Shown: positions 12,745 through 26,604 of the stretch, piece after piece
How the letters are laid out: each line of letters opens with the position of its first letter
How positions within the stretch are numbered: position 1 is the stretch's first letter
Assembly (NCBI GenBank): GCA_051362555.1
Contig: CM120642.1
Coordinates: forward strand, 3,100,001-3,164,000
Direction: 5' to 3'
DNA from: Lingula anatina
Taxonomy: Eukaryota > Animalia > Brachiopoda
Length of the DNA stretch: 64,000 bases
Notes under the pieces: generated by a model
The model's database searches: none
What the model saw: only the letters and a program-made list of their open reading frames with translations
Told to the model about the DNA's origin: nothing
Program-made: the position numbers and the translations under genes

Positions 12745-15700
12745 ATGATGAGAGAGAGAGGAGAACTGCCTGTCCATTCATACAAGGAGGAAATATTAAG
12801 AACAATTCATCGTAGTCCCGTGACTTTAATAAGAGGAGCCACTGGATGTGGTAAAACCACCCAGGTAAGGCATAATGATGTAGTAGATAGAGAGGGGTTG
12901 AAGGTGTCAACAGACACTTAATTTAACCATTTCGCCTGTTTAAAGTAGTCTAGATTAATGACTGCAGCACTTTAGGTTTTTTCAAATTGTTAACCCAAGA
13001 CAGGTGTAACTTTAATACATTGATAAGAAATGACTGATTGAATAAAGCAAATATTAAATGCACCAATTTATCATCAATTCAGGTGAATTTTTATTTTCTT
13101 TTGGCTGATTTAAAAATCATGCATAGCAGATGCCTTATTAAGCAGAACTTGATATTTTGTTCAATTTGTCCCATAATGGAATTTCCTTTGCTAATATGTT
13201 AATTTTTGGGTTTCATTTTCATCCTCAGGTTCCGCAGTTCATCATTGATGAGTTTATAGAGGCAGGTAGAGGATCTCAGTGCAATGTTGTGATTACACAG
13301 GTGAGTTTATAGAGGCAGGTAGAGGATCTCAGTGCAATGTTGTGATTACACAGGTGAGTTTATAGAGGCAGGTAGAGGATCTCAGTGCAATGTTGTGATT
13401 ACACAGGTGAGTTTATAGAGGCAGGTAGAGGATCTCAGTGCAATGTTGTGATTACACAGGTGAGTTTATAGAGGCAGGTAGAGGATCTCAGTGCAATGTT
13501 GTGATTACACAGGTGAGTTTATAGAGGCAGGTAGAGGATCTCAGTGCAATGTTGTGATTACACAGGTGAGTTTATAGAGGCAGGTAGAGGATCTCAGTGC
13601 AATGTTGTGATTACACAGGTGAGTTTATAGAGGCAGGTAGAGGATCTCAGTGCAATGTTGTGATTACACAGATGAGTTTACAGAGGCAGGTAGAGGATCT
13701 CAGTGCAATTTTGTGATTACACAGGTGAGATATGCTTTGAAAGTCCATATGCACCTTGTTCATCACACTGTATGTTTTTACTGGTAGATGACAATAAATG
13801 TGAATGAATGCCTGTAAATTTTTCAAACAAAACCAAGAATTCCATACAGTGTAACAGTGTGGATAGTCAAGATGAAAAAACTGCCAAAATATAGCAATTT
13901 GGAGTTTTCAAAGACATCGGTATTAAGGGCCTTTTCAGAATCAGTTGATCTGTAGACAAACTAGTCTGTGGATCAAATATGGTGAGCAGTTGACACTGGA
14001 TTCCCACCTCCCACTTGGACCAGTTAGTCTGCGGATCAACTGGTTCTGAACAGGCCCTAAGACTACAGCCTCAATCACTGTTCTCATGTTAGTAGGCTTG
14101 TTAAGGACCAAAAAATGGCCAAACGCTGCATTTTGTAGTACAAATGTCTAACTTGGCATAAATGTTCCTTGGGCCAAAAGAAAATTTTTTATGCTATGGA
14201 TACATTAATTAGCATAAATTATGCAAATTAGGTGCCAAAATATATAATATTTCATATTTCCATTAATATTTGGCCTAGAAACATGTATAGATTATCAAAC
14301 CTGACTAAATTAGGGACAAGGAACCCATTTTTGATCATTTGGAAGCAATTGGTGGCCATTTTGTGCCTCAAATCCAAGATGGCCGCCACCCGCCATTTTG
14401 AAAGTGGACATAATTTTGCTATTTTATGTTGAATTTTGAAGCGTTTGGTCTAACTATACTTGATATATATATCGATTCTTACTATTTTGGGGGTGCAAAA
14501 GTCATTTTTGATATTGTTATGGTGATAGTAGGTGATTTGAAGGAACAAAGGGGGTGTTTTAAGTGCCTACCAAGATATGTGTGAACGCTGCAAAACCATG
14601 GATATTAATAACCCGTATTCAAATATATGTCAATGCAATTTTTTGTTATATACCATCGCTATTGGACAATATTATTAGCAAAAAAAACCCTCATTTTTAC
14701 CATTATGGAGGCCATTGTGGCCGTTTTGTCCCTCAAATACAAGATGGCTGCCAAAAACCATTTTGAAATTGGGCATAATTTGCTACTTTGAAACTATATG
14801 TATTACATCTTTGTAAATGAGTAATACGTCATTTTATATTATTTTCTGGTGCAGAATACATTATTTGTTTCATAAAGTTTTTGCCTCAAATCCAAGATGA
14901 CCCTCATACGCCATTTTCAAATTGAGCATTATTCACCATTTTGAAACTATCACACCTTCATAAGCGTGCCATACGTCATTTTTGATTATTTCCTGGTGCA
15001 GAATGCATTTTCGGTTTCACCTAATTTGCATAATTTATGCTAATTAATGTATCGATAGAGGGCGTCTCTTTGGATAAAAAATTTTCTTTTGGCCCAAGGA
15101 ACATTTATGCCAAGTTAGACATTTGTACTATAAAATGCAGCGTTTGACCTCTTAACAAGCCTATTATGTGGACTAGTTAGTCTGTAGATCAACTGGTTCT
15201 GAACAGGCCCTAAGACTACAGCCTCAATCACTGTTCCCATGGACTAGTTAGTCTGCAGATCAACTGGTTCTGAACAGGCCCTAAGACTACAGCCTCAATC
15301 ACTGTTCTCATGTAGGCTAGTTAGTCTGCAGATCAACTGGTTCTGAACAGGCCCTAAGACTACAGTCTCAATCACTGTTCCCATGTGGACTAGTTAGTCT
15401 GTAGATCAACTGGTTCTGAACAGGCCCTAAGACTACAGTCTCAATTACTGTTCCCATGGACTTACAAAGATCTTATGATCAGTTGCTAAATGTGAAGTAC
15501 CATGGAAAGTTAGTGATTCAAAAGTACAAAGTAAGACACAGCTTTTGTAGTTTCTCCTCTGCCAACTAATTGTTAGGAATGTTAACATTAAATTGCAGTA
15601 AAAACAAAAACAAATAATATTATTTGGAAATATTCCTTTATAAATAAAGAAAAGGTATGCTACAAAATCTGCTGCAGTTATAAAAGCAAAAAATTACATT

Positions 15701-18700
15701 ATTTTGCCCTGCAATTAATATTACAGCAAAGTAAAGAATAAGCTGTTCACAGAAATTTACTAAGATGGCATCAAACAGAGACAGACCGCTAAAATAATTT
15801 TCTTATCATAACAAGTACATGTATTTGTAAAAAAGCTTATGAAAAAAATGCATGCAATAAACTAGAAACCAACATTGAGTTAAATTATAAATTGTCTCCT
15901 CCAGTGACCTATAACAAAATTAATTAACAATTAATTAATTAATTAACAATTAACAAAATTAATTAACAATTTCATTATCAATTTTGTTACACATTTAAAC
16001 ATTCTCTTTAATCAGAATTTTTGTACAACACAAGTGTCTCAGTAAACGCGTAGACTCACCAACTGAGTTTTCTTTAAACTTCATAGCTCACATTTTCTGC
16101 AAGACCAAAGATGCTATCTGGGTTGGTGCAAGCTGCATTGGTAACATTTTACAAAAATAAATTCTCAAAAGATAAGTAATTAAAGAATATTAACCAAATC
16201 ATATATAAAAGGTGAAGTATTGGTGTCGCATATTTAAGATTGTGATCAGACTAGTTCATAATGCATTTCCATTATGCCTGTATCTTTTCCATTATTATTA
16301 TATTTTAACAATGTACGAAGTTTTCAGTGTTTGTATAATTGTATATGACCATTTAAGTGCTGATGCAGCACACAACTTGCTTGCTCTCACATAGAGTTAA
16401 ATATTGCCTCTAGCATATTTCTGTCATACGGATGTTCCATAATTCTTGCTAGTTGGTGCTAAAGTTTACATGCCATGCTTTTAAAGAAGATGGCAGACTT
16501 TCACATCCATGAACTTTAATATGTTGGCATGTCAAGTCTGACGTAAGTTTCCAGCCCTCAAGTGAAAGATCACCAGATTCGTGGTATTGAAGCAACTTTT
16601 CCAATGCTTTCATGGAAAGGGACTCTTCTTTTTCAAAGATGCTTTTCCATGCAGCCATTCCCCTGTCTTCACTTGAACTGAATTCCGATGGACTTTTATG
16701 AGAAGTGTATATATAAAATCTTTGAGAAGTCAAGTGCTGCATAAAGATGTCAGTTATAGTAAGCATCATCTCCATATCACATAAAGTAGCACTCAGACTT
16801 AGTCCATGTACTTTTGCATGCTGTGACAGCACATCTAGGAATATTGATTCTGGGATGTCCTCAATAGTATAATGCTTACAAAACTGCTTCAGAACCAATT
16901 CTGATGTAAGCTGGTCTTTCGCTAAGATATCCATGCACCTTAACTACTCTATGTCAGAAGTGTTATTCATTGTGAAAAAATACTGTAACAGAATGTCAGC
17001 ATTCCTTTCTGCAGCTTTGTCACAGCTTCCATGGACCTCTGTATGCTGTGACAGCACATTCAGAAACAATGTCTTCTCCACTGCTGACAGGGTTCTGGTA
17101 GTATGGGTCTGGTAAAGTTGTTTGAGCACTTCTTTAGATATGTTTTCATCATCAGCTAAGATTTTCATACATTCTTTCTGCTCTGAGTTAGTGATGTCAC
17201 TGCTTATTAAGAAATCATGTAACACAAATCACAGCAATTCCTTCTGCAGCAGAATAATTGCTACCATGGATTGCTGCATGCTGTGACAGCACATTCAGAA
17301 ACAATGTCCTCTCTACTGCTGACAGGCTTCGGAATTTGTGAGTTTGGTCAAGTTGTTTGAGCACTTCTTCAGATGTGTTTTCATCCTCAGCTAAGATTTT
17401 CATACATTCTTTCTGTTCTGAGTCAGTGATGTCACTGCTTATTAAGAAATCTTGTAACAGAATCACAGCATTTCCTTCTGCAGCAGAACAACATCTACCA
17501 TGGACATCTGCATGCTGTGACAGCACATCCAGAAACAATGTCTTCTCCACTGCTGACAGGGCTCTAGTGGTATGTGTGTGGTAAAGTTGTTTGAGCACTT
17601 CTTCAGATGTGTTTTCATCCTCAGCTAAGATTTTCATACATTCTTTCTGCTCTGAGTCGCTACCATGGATCTCTGCATGCTGTGACAGCACATTCAGAAA
17701 CAATGTCCTCTCTACTGCTGACAGGCTTCTGGATTTGTGGGTTTGGTAAAGTTGTTTGAGCACTTGTTTAGATGTCCACCTATCCTTGGCTAAGATTTTC
17801 ATACAATCTGACTGCGCTGAGTCAGTGATGTCACTGCTTGTTAAGAAATCTTGTAAAAGAATCACAGCATTTCCTTCTGCAGCAGAACAACATCTACCAT
17901 GGATTTCTGCATGCTGTGACAGCACATTCAGAAACAATGTCTTCTCTACTGCTGACAGGCTTCTGGATTTGTGGGTTTGGTAAAGTTGTTTGAGCACTTT
18001 TTCAGATGTGTTTTCATCCTTGGCTAAAATTTTCATATATTTTTTTTGCTCTGAGTCAGTAATGTCACTGCTTGTTAAGAAATCTTGTAAAAGAATCACA
18101 GCATTTCCTTCTGCAGCAGAACAACATCTAACATGGATTTCTGCATGCTGTGACAGCACATTCAGAAACAATGTCTTCTCTACTGCTGACAGGCTTCTGG
18201 ATTTGTGGGTCTGGTAAAGTTGTTTGAGCACTTCTTCAGATGTGCATCTATCCTTTGCTAAGATTTTCATACATTCTTTCTGCTCTGAGTCAGTGGTGTC
18301 ACTGCTTATTAAGAAATCATGTAACACAAATCACAGCAATTCCTTCTGCAGCAGAATAATTGCTACCATGGATTGCTGCATGCTGTGACAGCACATTCAG
18401 AAACAATGTCCTCTCTACTGCTGACAGGCTTCGGAATTTGTGAGTTTGGTCAAGTTGTTTGAGCACTTCTTCAGATGTGTTTTCATCCTCAGCTAAGATT
18501 TTCATACATTCTTTCTGTTCTGAGTCAGTGATGTCACTGCTTATTAAGAAATCTTGTAACAGAATCACAGCATTTCCTTCTGCAGCAGAACAACATCTAC
18601 CATGGACATCTGCATGCTGTGACAGCACATCCAGAAACAATGTCTTCTCCACTGCTGACAGGGCTCTAGTGGTATGTGTGTGGTAAAGTTGTTTGAGCAC

Positions 18701-21700
18701 TTCTTCAGATGTGTTTTCATCCTCAGCTAAGATTTTCATACATTCTTTCTGCTCTGAGTCGCTACCATGGATCTCTGCATGCTGTGACAGCACATTCAGA
18801 AACAATGTCCTCTCTACTGCTGACAGGCTTCTGGATTTGTGGGTTTGGTAAAGTTGTTTGAGCACTTGTTTAGATGTCCACCTATCCTTGGCTAAGATTT
18901 TCATACAATCTGACTGCGCTGAGTCAGTGATGTCACTGCTTGTTAAGAAATCTTGTAAAAGAATCACAGCATTTCCTTCTGCAGCAGAACAACATCTACC
19001 ATGGATTTCTGCATGCTGTGACAGCACATTCAGAAACAATGTCTTCTCTACTGCTGACAGGCTTCTGGATTTGTGGGTTTGGTAAAGTTGTTTGAGCACT
19101 TTTTCAGATGTGTTTTCATCCTTGGCTAAAATTTTCATATATTCTTTCTGCTCTGAGTCAGTGATGTCACTGCTTGTTAAGAAATCTTGTAAAAAAATCA
19201 CAGCATTTCCTTCTGCAGCAGAACAACATCTACCATGGATTTCTGCATGCTGTGACAGCACATTCAGAAACAATGTCTTCTCTACTGCTGACAGGCTTCT
19301 GGATTTGTGGGTTTGGTAAAGTTGTTTGAGCACTTTTTCAGATGTGTTTTCATCCTTGGCTAAAATTTTCATATATTTTTTTTGCTCTGAGTCAGTAATG
19401 TCACTGCTTGTTAAGAAATCTTGTAAAAGAATCACAGCATTTCCTTCTGCAGCAGAACAACATCTAACATGGATTTCTGCATGCTGTGACAGCACATTCA
19501 GAAACAATGTCTTCTCTACTGCTGACAGGCTTCTGGATTTGTGGGTCTGGTAAAGTTGTTTGAGCACTTCTTCAGATGTGCATCTATCCTTTGCTAAGAT
19601 TTTCATATATTCTTTCTGCTCTGAGTCAGTGATGTCACTGCTTGTTAAGAAATCTTGTAAAAGAATCACAGCATTTCCTTCTATAGCAGAACGACATCTA
19701 CCATGGATCTCTGCATGCTGTGACAGCACATTCAGAAACAATGTCTTCTCTACTGCTGACAGGCTTCTGGATTTGTGGGTTTGGTAAAGTTGTTTGAGCA
19801 CTTTTTCAGATGTGTTTTCATCCTTGGCTAAAATTTTCATATATTTTTTTTTGCTCTGAGTCAGTAATGTCACTGCTTGTTAAGAAATCTTGTAAAAGAA
19901 TCACAGCATTTCCTTCTGCAGCAGAACAACATCTACCATGGATTTCTGCATGCTGTGACAGCACATTCAGAAACAATGTCTTCTCTACTGCTGACAGGCT
20001 TCTGGATTTGTGGGTCTGGTAAAGTTGTTTGAGCACTTCTTCAGATGTGCATCTATCCTTTGCTAAGATTTTCATATATTCTTTCTGCTCTGAGTCAGTG
20101 ATGTCACTGCTTGTTAAGAAATCTTGTAAAAGAATCACAGCATTTCCTTGTTCAGCAGAACAACATCTACCATGGACCTCTGCATGCTGTGACAGCACAT
20201 CCAGAAACAATGTCCTTTCCACTGCTGACAGGGCTCTAGTGGTATGTGTTTGGTAAAGTTGTTGGAGCACTTCTTCAGATGTGTATTTATCCTTGGCTAT
20301 AATTTTCATACATTCTGACTGCTCTGAGTCAGTGGTGTCATTGCTTGTTAAAAAATATTGCAGCAAAATCATAGCATTTCCTTTTGCAGCTGTGTCATGC
20401 ATGTACCAGTGGTATCTGTGGATCAATGCATGCTGTGACAGCACTTTCAGAAACAATGTCCTCTCTACTGCTGACAGGCTGCTGGATTTATGGGTCTGGT
20501 AAAGTTGTTGGAGCACTTCTTCAGATGTGTTTTCATCCTCAGATAAGATTTTCATACATTCTGACTGCTCTGAGTCAGTGGTGTAATTGCTTGTTAAAAA
20601 ATATTGCAACAATATAACAGCATTTCCTTTTGCAGCTGTGTCATGAATGTACCACTGGTATCTGTGGATCTCTGCATGCTGTGACAGCACATTCAGAAAC
20701 AATGTCTTCTCTACAGCTGACAGGCTCCTGGATTTGTGGGTTTGGTAAAGTTGTTTGAGCATTTCATTAGATGTCTGTGTATCCTTTTCTAAAATTTTCA
20801 TATATTCTTTCTGCTTTGAGTCAGTGATGTCACCGCTTGTTAAGAAATCTTGTAAAAGAATCACAGCATTTCCTTCTGCAGCTGAATTACAACTACCATG
20901 GACCTCTGCATGCTGTGACAGCACATTCAGAAACAATGTCTTCTCTACAGCTGACAGGCTCCTGGATTTGTGGGTTTGGTAAAGTTGTTTGAGCATTTCA
21001 TTAGATGTCTGTCTATCCTTTTCTAAAATTTTCATACATTCTTTCTGCTTTGAGTCAGTGATGTCACCGCTTGTTAAGAAATCTTGTAACATAATCACAG
21101 CATTTCCTTCTGCAGCTGAATTATAACTACCATGAACCTCTGCATGCTGTGACAGCACATTCAGAAACAATGCCTTCTCCACTGCTGACAGGGCTCTAGT
21201 GGTATGTGTCTGGTAAAGTTGTTTAAGCACTTCTTCACATGTGTTTTCATCCTTGGCTAAGATTTTCATACATTCTGACTGCTCTGAGTCAGTGGTGTAA
21301 TTGCTTGTTAAAAAATATTGCAACAATATAACAGCATTTCCTTTTGCAGCTGTGTCATGCATGTACAACTGGTATCTGTGGATCTTTGCATGCTGTGACA
21401 GCACATTCAGAAACAATGTCCTCTCTACTGCTGACAGGCTTCTGGATTTATGGGTCTGGTAAAGTAGTTTGAGCATTTCTTTAGATGTCCCCCTACCCTT
21501 AGCTATGATGTTCATACATTCTGACTGCTCTGAGGTGTCATTGTTTGTGTGTAGGTCCTGTCTCTGATATACATGTAACAATAGACAACAGGCAGCAAGA
21601 CCAACTCCTCTACCACTGCAGTGTTTATCCAGGTCAAAGACTAAATTTTTCAGTGTATCTCTCCCCTCTTCATTGGGAAGCATTTTGATTTGTTGAAGAA

Positions 21701-24700
21701 CGAGCTTCAGCAAGGTTTGATTTCTAGCAAGTATTTTCAGAATTTTTGTCTTTTTCTCATTCTTACGAAGTTGCTTGATAAAGATTTCAGCAATGGCTAG
21801 CCAGGTTTTGAGTTCTGTTTTGGGTGTTTGTGACAGAAGTTTCCAGTTTTCACTTAAATGTAATGTATTATCTCCTTCAGCATTATGTAACAGTTCCAAC
21901 AGCTCTGTCTTTAGAAACATGGTGAAAGCTTTTTGTTTTGGGGAGGCAAGTTTGAAAACTTTTTGCTTCAAATTTCTGCACACTTTAGCATTTTTATTTG
22001 AATCACAGCCAACACAAAGAAGGATAGAAGCAAGTTTCTTCTGCTGAACTTTGTTTACTTTTGTAAATAGTTCAGGATAAAGTTCAAGCAATTTGACAAT
22101 ATCCTCCACATGCCTCTTGTCTGCTGGAGTGGTTTCTGATGAAAGCAACGACTGGAGTTTCACTACACTGAGTGATTCTTCATTTCCAGGATTTTCAGAA
22201 TTCATGGACTCTGTAGTTTCATCAACTTCACTGTCATGATGAAGAACTTCTACATAACTACATGTATTTACCTCTCCATTTTTTATTGGTGCTTGATGGG
22301 TCTTATCAATTTGGTGCTTTTTTTCATCTAAAGAAAGGAATTATATATTGTCATCCATCACACGAGCAAAAATAAAATTTATAATCCCATGTAAAATTCA
22401 GAAAATAAGAGTTTGACCTTGTGTATCATCATATTTGAGTTTCTAATCTTTATATGTAAACTAGTTGCAGTTAGGTAGTAGACACTTTCATACAGATTTG
22501 GGAATAATTTGATCATTTTACCTCCTGAATTATTTTCTGTATTTTCACTGTCTGAGTCATTGCCACTGCCACTGTCCTCTCCAGAGTCATATTTCTCATA
22601 GTCTTTATAATTAGCATCAGAGGGCAAGGTGTCACATACCACTGGTCTTTGAATAAGCCCATGACACACTGGGAGACCTTCCATTTTTAGTAGATCAGCC
22701 ACAGTCTCTGTAAGTATATATATAATATAGATGGCTATGAAAAATTAGTTGCAGTTTTTACCTGTATAAAACCGAAAAATATAATAGTGTTTCATAATAG
22801 TTAATAATAGCTGTGACAGCACATATTACCACAATTGATGACCCACCATGATTATGTATATTAAAAAAATAAATAGATAAAAAATATTAATAATATAATT
22901 CAGAGTACATAAACTGATACACATTGGGATGGGTGTTACTGTTCAGTGTATATTTTTCTGAATAATTTAAAAACCAGTAATATTCAGCTGAAGTATATTT
23001 CTCACCAGCAAATGTTTGTTGATGCATCATATACAAAGCAGTAAGCAGTTGTGCTGTGATTTGTTCAACAGGTTGGTCATAGTTCCTCTCTAGGAAACTT
23101 TCTAAGCATTCTAAACACTGTGCTTCTTCTTCATCAGGGTGCTGGGACACAATGGCTTGTGTATCTTCCTCTGTAAACTTCAGATGCAAAGCCAACTCCT
23201 TCCACATGCATGACACACGGGGTGATATATGTGCAAATATGGATGCCCAAACTTCACACTTAAATAATCAAAAATACTTTTGAGAAAAATGGTCAGTGTA
23301 GGAAGATACAATGGGATAAATGTACACTCAAGTAAATGCATGATTTGCTTGCAAAAGATTATACATTTTGATTAAGATGTTTTGGCTTTACGTTTATAAA
23401 AAAATAAAAATTGAAATTTTAAAAATAAAAAAAAATGTTTATTTTGATTCTTATATATAAATTACCATTGCAGCAGTTTCTTTTTCTGACTTCATAATGT
23501 GGCAACTCTTTTGATAAGTTACTGTGCAAAATTCCACTTCAATATCTTGCTCAACAGTCAGTGGCCTCTCTTGCTTTATTTGAGTGCCAGATGTAGAGGG
23601 CAATTCTATATTGGTTTGGGTTTCTGGTTCTCCTACAACAGAGGATTGATAGGTGAAAGATTTGAAAGTACATATTTATTACACTGCTTATAAAAACATT
23701 AATGTTATCAAATATATATCACCTGGTTGATGGTTGTTAAAATTTTGTTTATATTGAATATTCATTTTGTTACTGATTTGTATTCCAATCAGTTTCAATG
23801 TATTGGTTTATTCATTACAAAGTTCCTTAGTGATATACTTGTAGAAAAGCTGATACAAAGAAAACTATTTTCCAAAACTTAGCTACAGTGTGCAACTAAG
23901 AATTTATCAAATTAGTTGTAGTTATAAATTGTTTTTTTTTTTTTTTTTTTTTTTTGTTATTAAATAACAAATGTAGCATTATTTTAAAGAAATTCTGTTT
24001 CTCAAGACTGCTTAATAATATATTGCAAATACTTATAGGTGCAGGTAGCCGGTCACTTTGATTTCAGAGGTGCTGCGAGAGCAAAACTTACCTGGTTTTG
24101 TGAAGAATTCCCAGGCTGTAGCCAACTCTTGTTCACAAATGTATACATCCACATACAGCTCTTCTCCCTCCATCTCTTTAAGTTCTTGGGTGATGAACTC
24201 ATTTGTCAGAAACCTAGATAAATCCCCAGACTTGTACTCTGTCCAGAAACTCTGTAACTTCTCTACAGCATCAAACATTAACACACACTCCACACAACCT
24301 TCAATGAGCTTGATTAAATGTGCCCCTCTTTTGATGAATGAGTCAGCTGCCCTTTTAAATTGAGCCAGGTCTTGAAGCATTTCTTTTGTAAAATACTTGT
24401 CTGCCTTTTTGGCGATCTCTTTTGTTTCCCAGTACTTGACATGCATTTTAGCATGAAGAACTAAAAAAAAGGGGAAAATAACATATTTACTGTTACTTGT
24501 ATGAATGATATAATATATATTTACTATTGGTATTTGACTTTGATAAATTGTGTAGTTGTAGAGGAAAACTTTTACTGAACATCCATTTAGCTATCTTCTT
24601 AACTGACCAAGATAAACCAACTAAATATGTTGCATACATTTTTCAATAAAAAGCTTATTTCAGCATCTTCTCATTTCATATTCTTATTTTATTATATGTA

Positions 24701-25119
24701 GCCATATAGCTCTCACAGCATTCTTTTCCTTCAACAAAATGGCTCTGTAGTCATGGATTCTCTTAAACACTGCCTCCAAACTGTATGGATGAATACCAAT
24801 TCAACAAAGGGCCACAGCTTCCTATTGAAGGGGCCCCTTTGGGGGCCAAGCATAGATTAACTAATATGCATACTGGGCAGATGGCACTCTTACGCATTCA
24901 CCAATTATATTACATTTTGATACCTCCATGCAATCAGTCAATGGGCAGATGTCAGGCCAACACACAGGTTTAAAATATGACAGGTCAACTGCCAAACAAA
25001 AACTGACAGTAAGAGGCTACACCCTACACAAAAGTCACCAAATTCCACTTACCTCACCTGGCAATTCAAATGTACATTCTCTGACTCAATTAGTGATAAT
25101 CTATCAACTTTAGGGACTA

Positions 25120-25194
<75 letters not shown>

Positions 25195-26554
25195 AGGATA
25201 TGAAATGAAAGCTTTATATTGATACGCAACTTGTATATCTAGATATATCTTTGCACGTTAAGAAGATAGCCACGTTCCTACCACCTCCCCTATATATATC
25301 CTAAGAATATAAACATGTAAATGATCTTGTTGTAATTGTTTGCTATCACAGATTTCCCGTTTTTTTAAGTAAAAACTTTTGAAAAAGAAAAGATTTGTAC
25401 CATTTCTCTTGTGGATGTTTTTCTTGTCATCCTTTGAAGCATTCTCTTGTTTGACCTTTTTAGGCTTAATGAGCTTCATGGCCATGTTCTCCATCTCTTC
25501 AAGTGTTTTTGTTAGCTCTTCATCACTGTCAGATTGTTCATATCGCTGTTTTCTTATTTTGCTGCAATTATCAAATAACTTGCAGCTGAGGTAATTCATC
25601 CCTAGAAATGAATATTAACATTACAAGTCGTCGGTGTATATTTTATAAACAGACAAAATTACCAGTTGGTCAAGTTGATATTTGTCAATATTATTATTTA
25701 AAGATTAACAATGTAAGATTTTTTTGCTCAGCAAATTTTACCTGGGTATAAGATATTTTTAACAACTACAAAACCAACCACTGTTTATTGACCTTGGCCT
25801 TAGTGCTGTAAAAATCTGCGGAAATTAAGAAGTCCTTTCATCCATGCTTAAGGGTGGGTTTTACAAAGTCCAACATCACTTTGAGCACTGAATTCCAGGT
25901 TGTTCTTGATTCAAAGCTTTGTTAGGATGGTTGACAGGTGGCAAGGTTCATTGAAGACATTAATAATTGCAATTATATTTAAAAATCACAAAATATATAT
26001 TTTTTGTTCTGAGATAAAGTCAAGAGAAAATGATTTAAGTAATAAATGAGTTTTAATTTTTATGATTTGTCACTTTAAGATTTTATCTTTATCTTCAAAA
26101 ATATTACCTTCAGTGATGTGCCTTTGTTCTAAAGGACACGTGTTGCATTGTTTCTCACAAGATTCAGCATCTGGGGCAATCTCGTCTAATTTTTAAGATA
26201 TGGGATGAAAAAAGAAAATGTTTATCAATGTAGCACATATGAAATGCCATTTATATTTGTCTAAAATCTCAAATATACTGACAGTCAATGAAAAAGCATC
26301 AGAAAACTTTCTTGTACTTTTTTACCTAGAATCGATTCCAACCATGTAAACAAGTACAAATGCACTTGTTTGATTATAAGAGAGTGGGCTGACCACTATT
26401 TCACATTTCACATGAAAACTGTTATTTTCTTAATGTGCCAAAGCAACTTCAGATCTTATTTGATAAATAAACGTTACATAATCCCATTCAGTGTAATATT
26501 TTTATGTAAGCATTCTTTATATACTGGCAGTCAGTGAAAACTCATCGTTTATTT

Positions 26555-26604
<50 letters not shown>

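Noticed and set aside
17357-20982. Series of 75-aa plus-strand ORFs (MSTSSDVF...LWVW)
   Set aside because: Antisense shadows of the 234-bp coding repeat on the minus strand.
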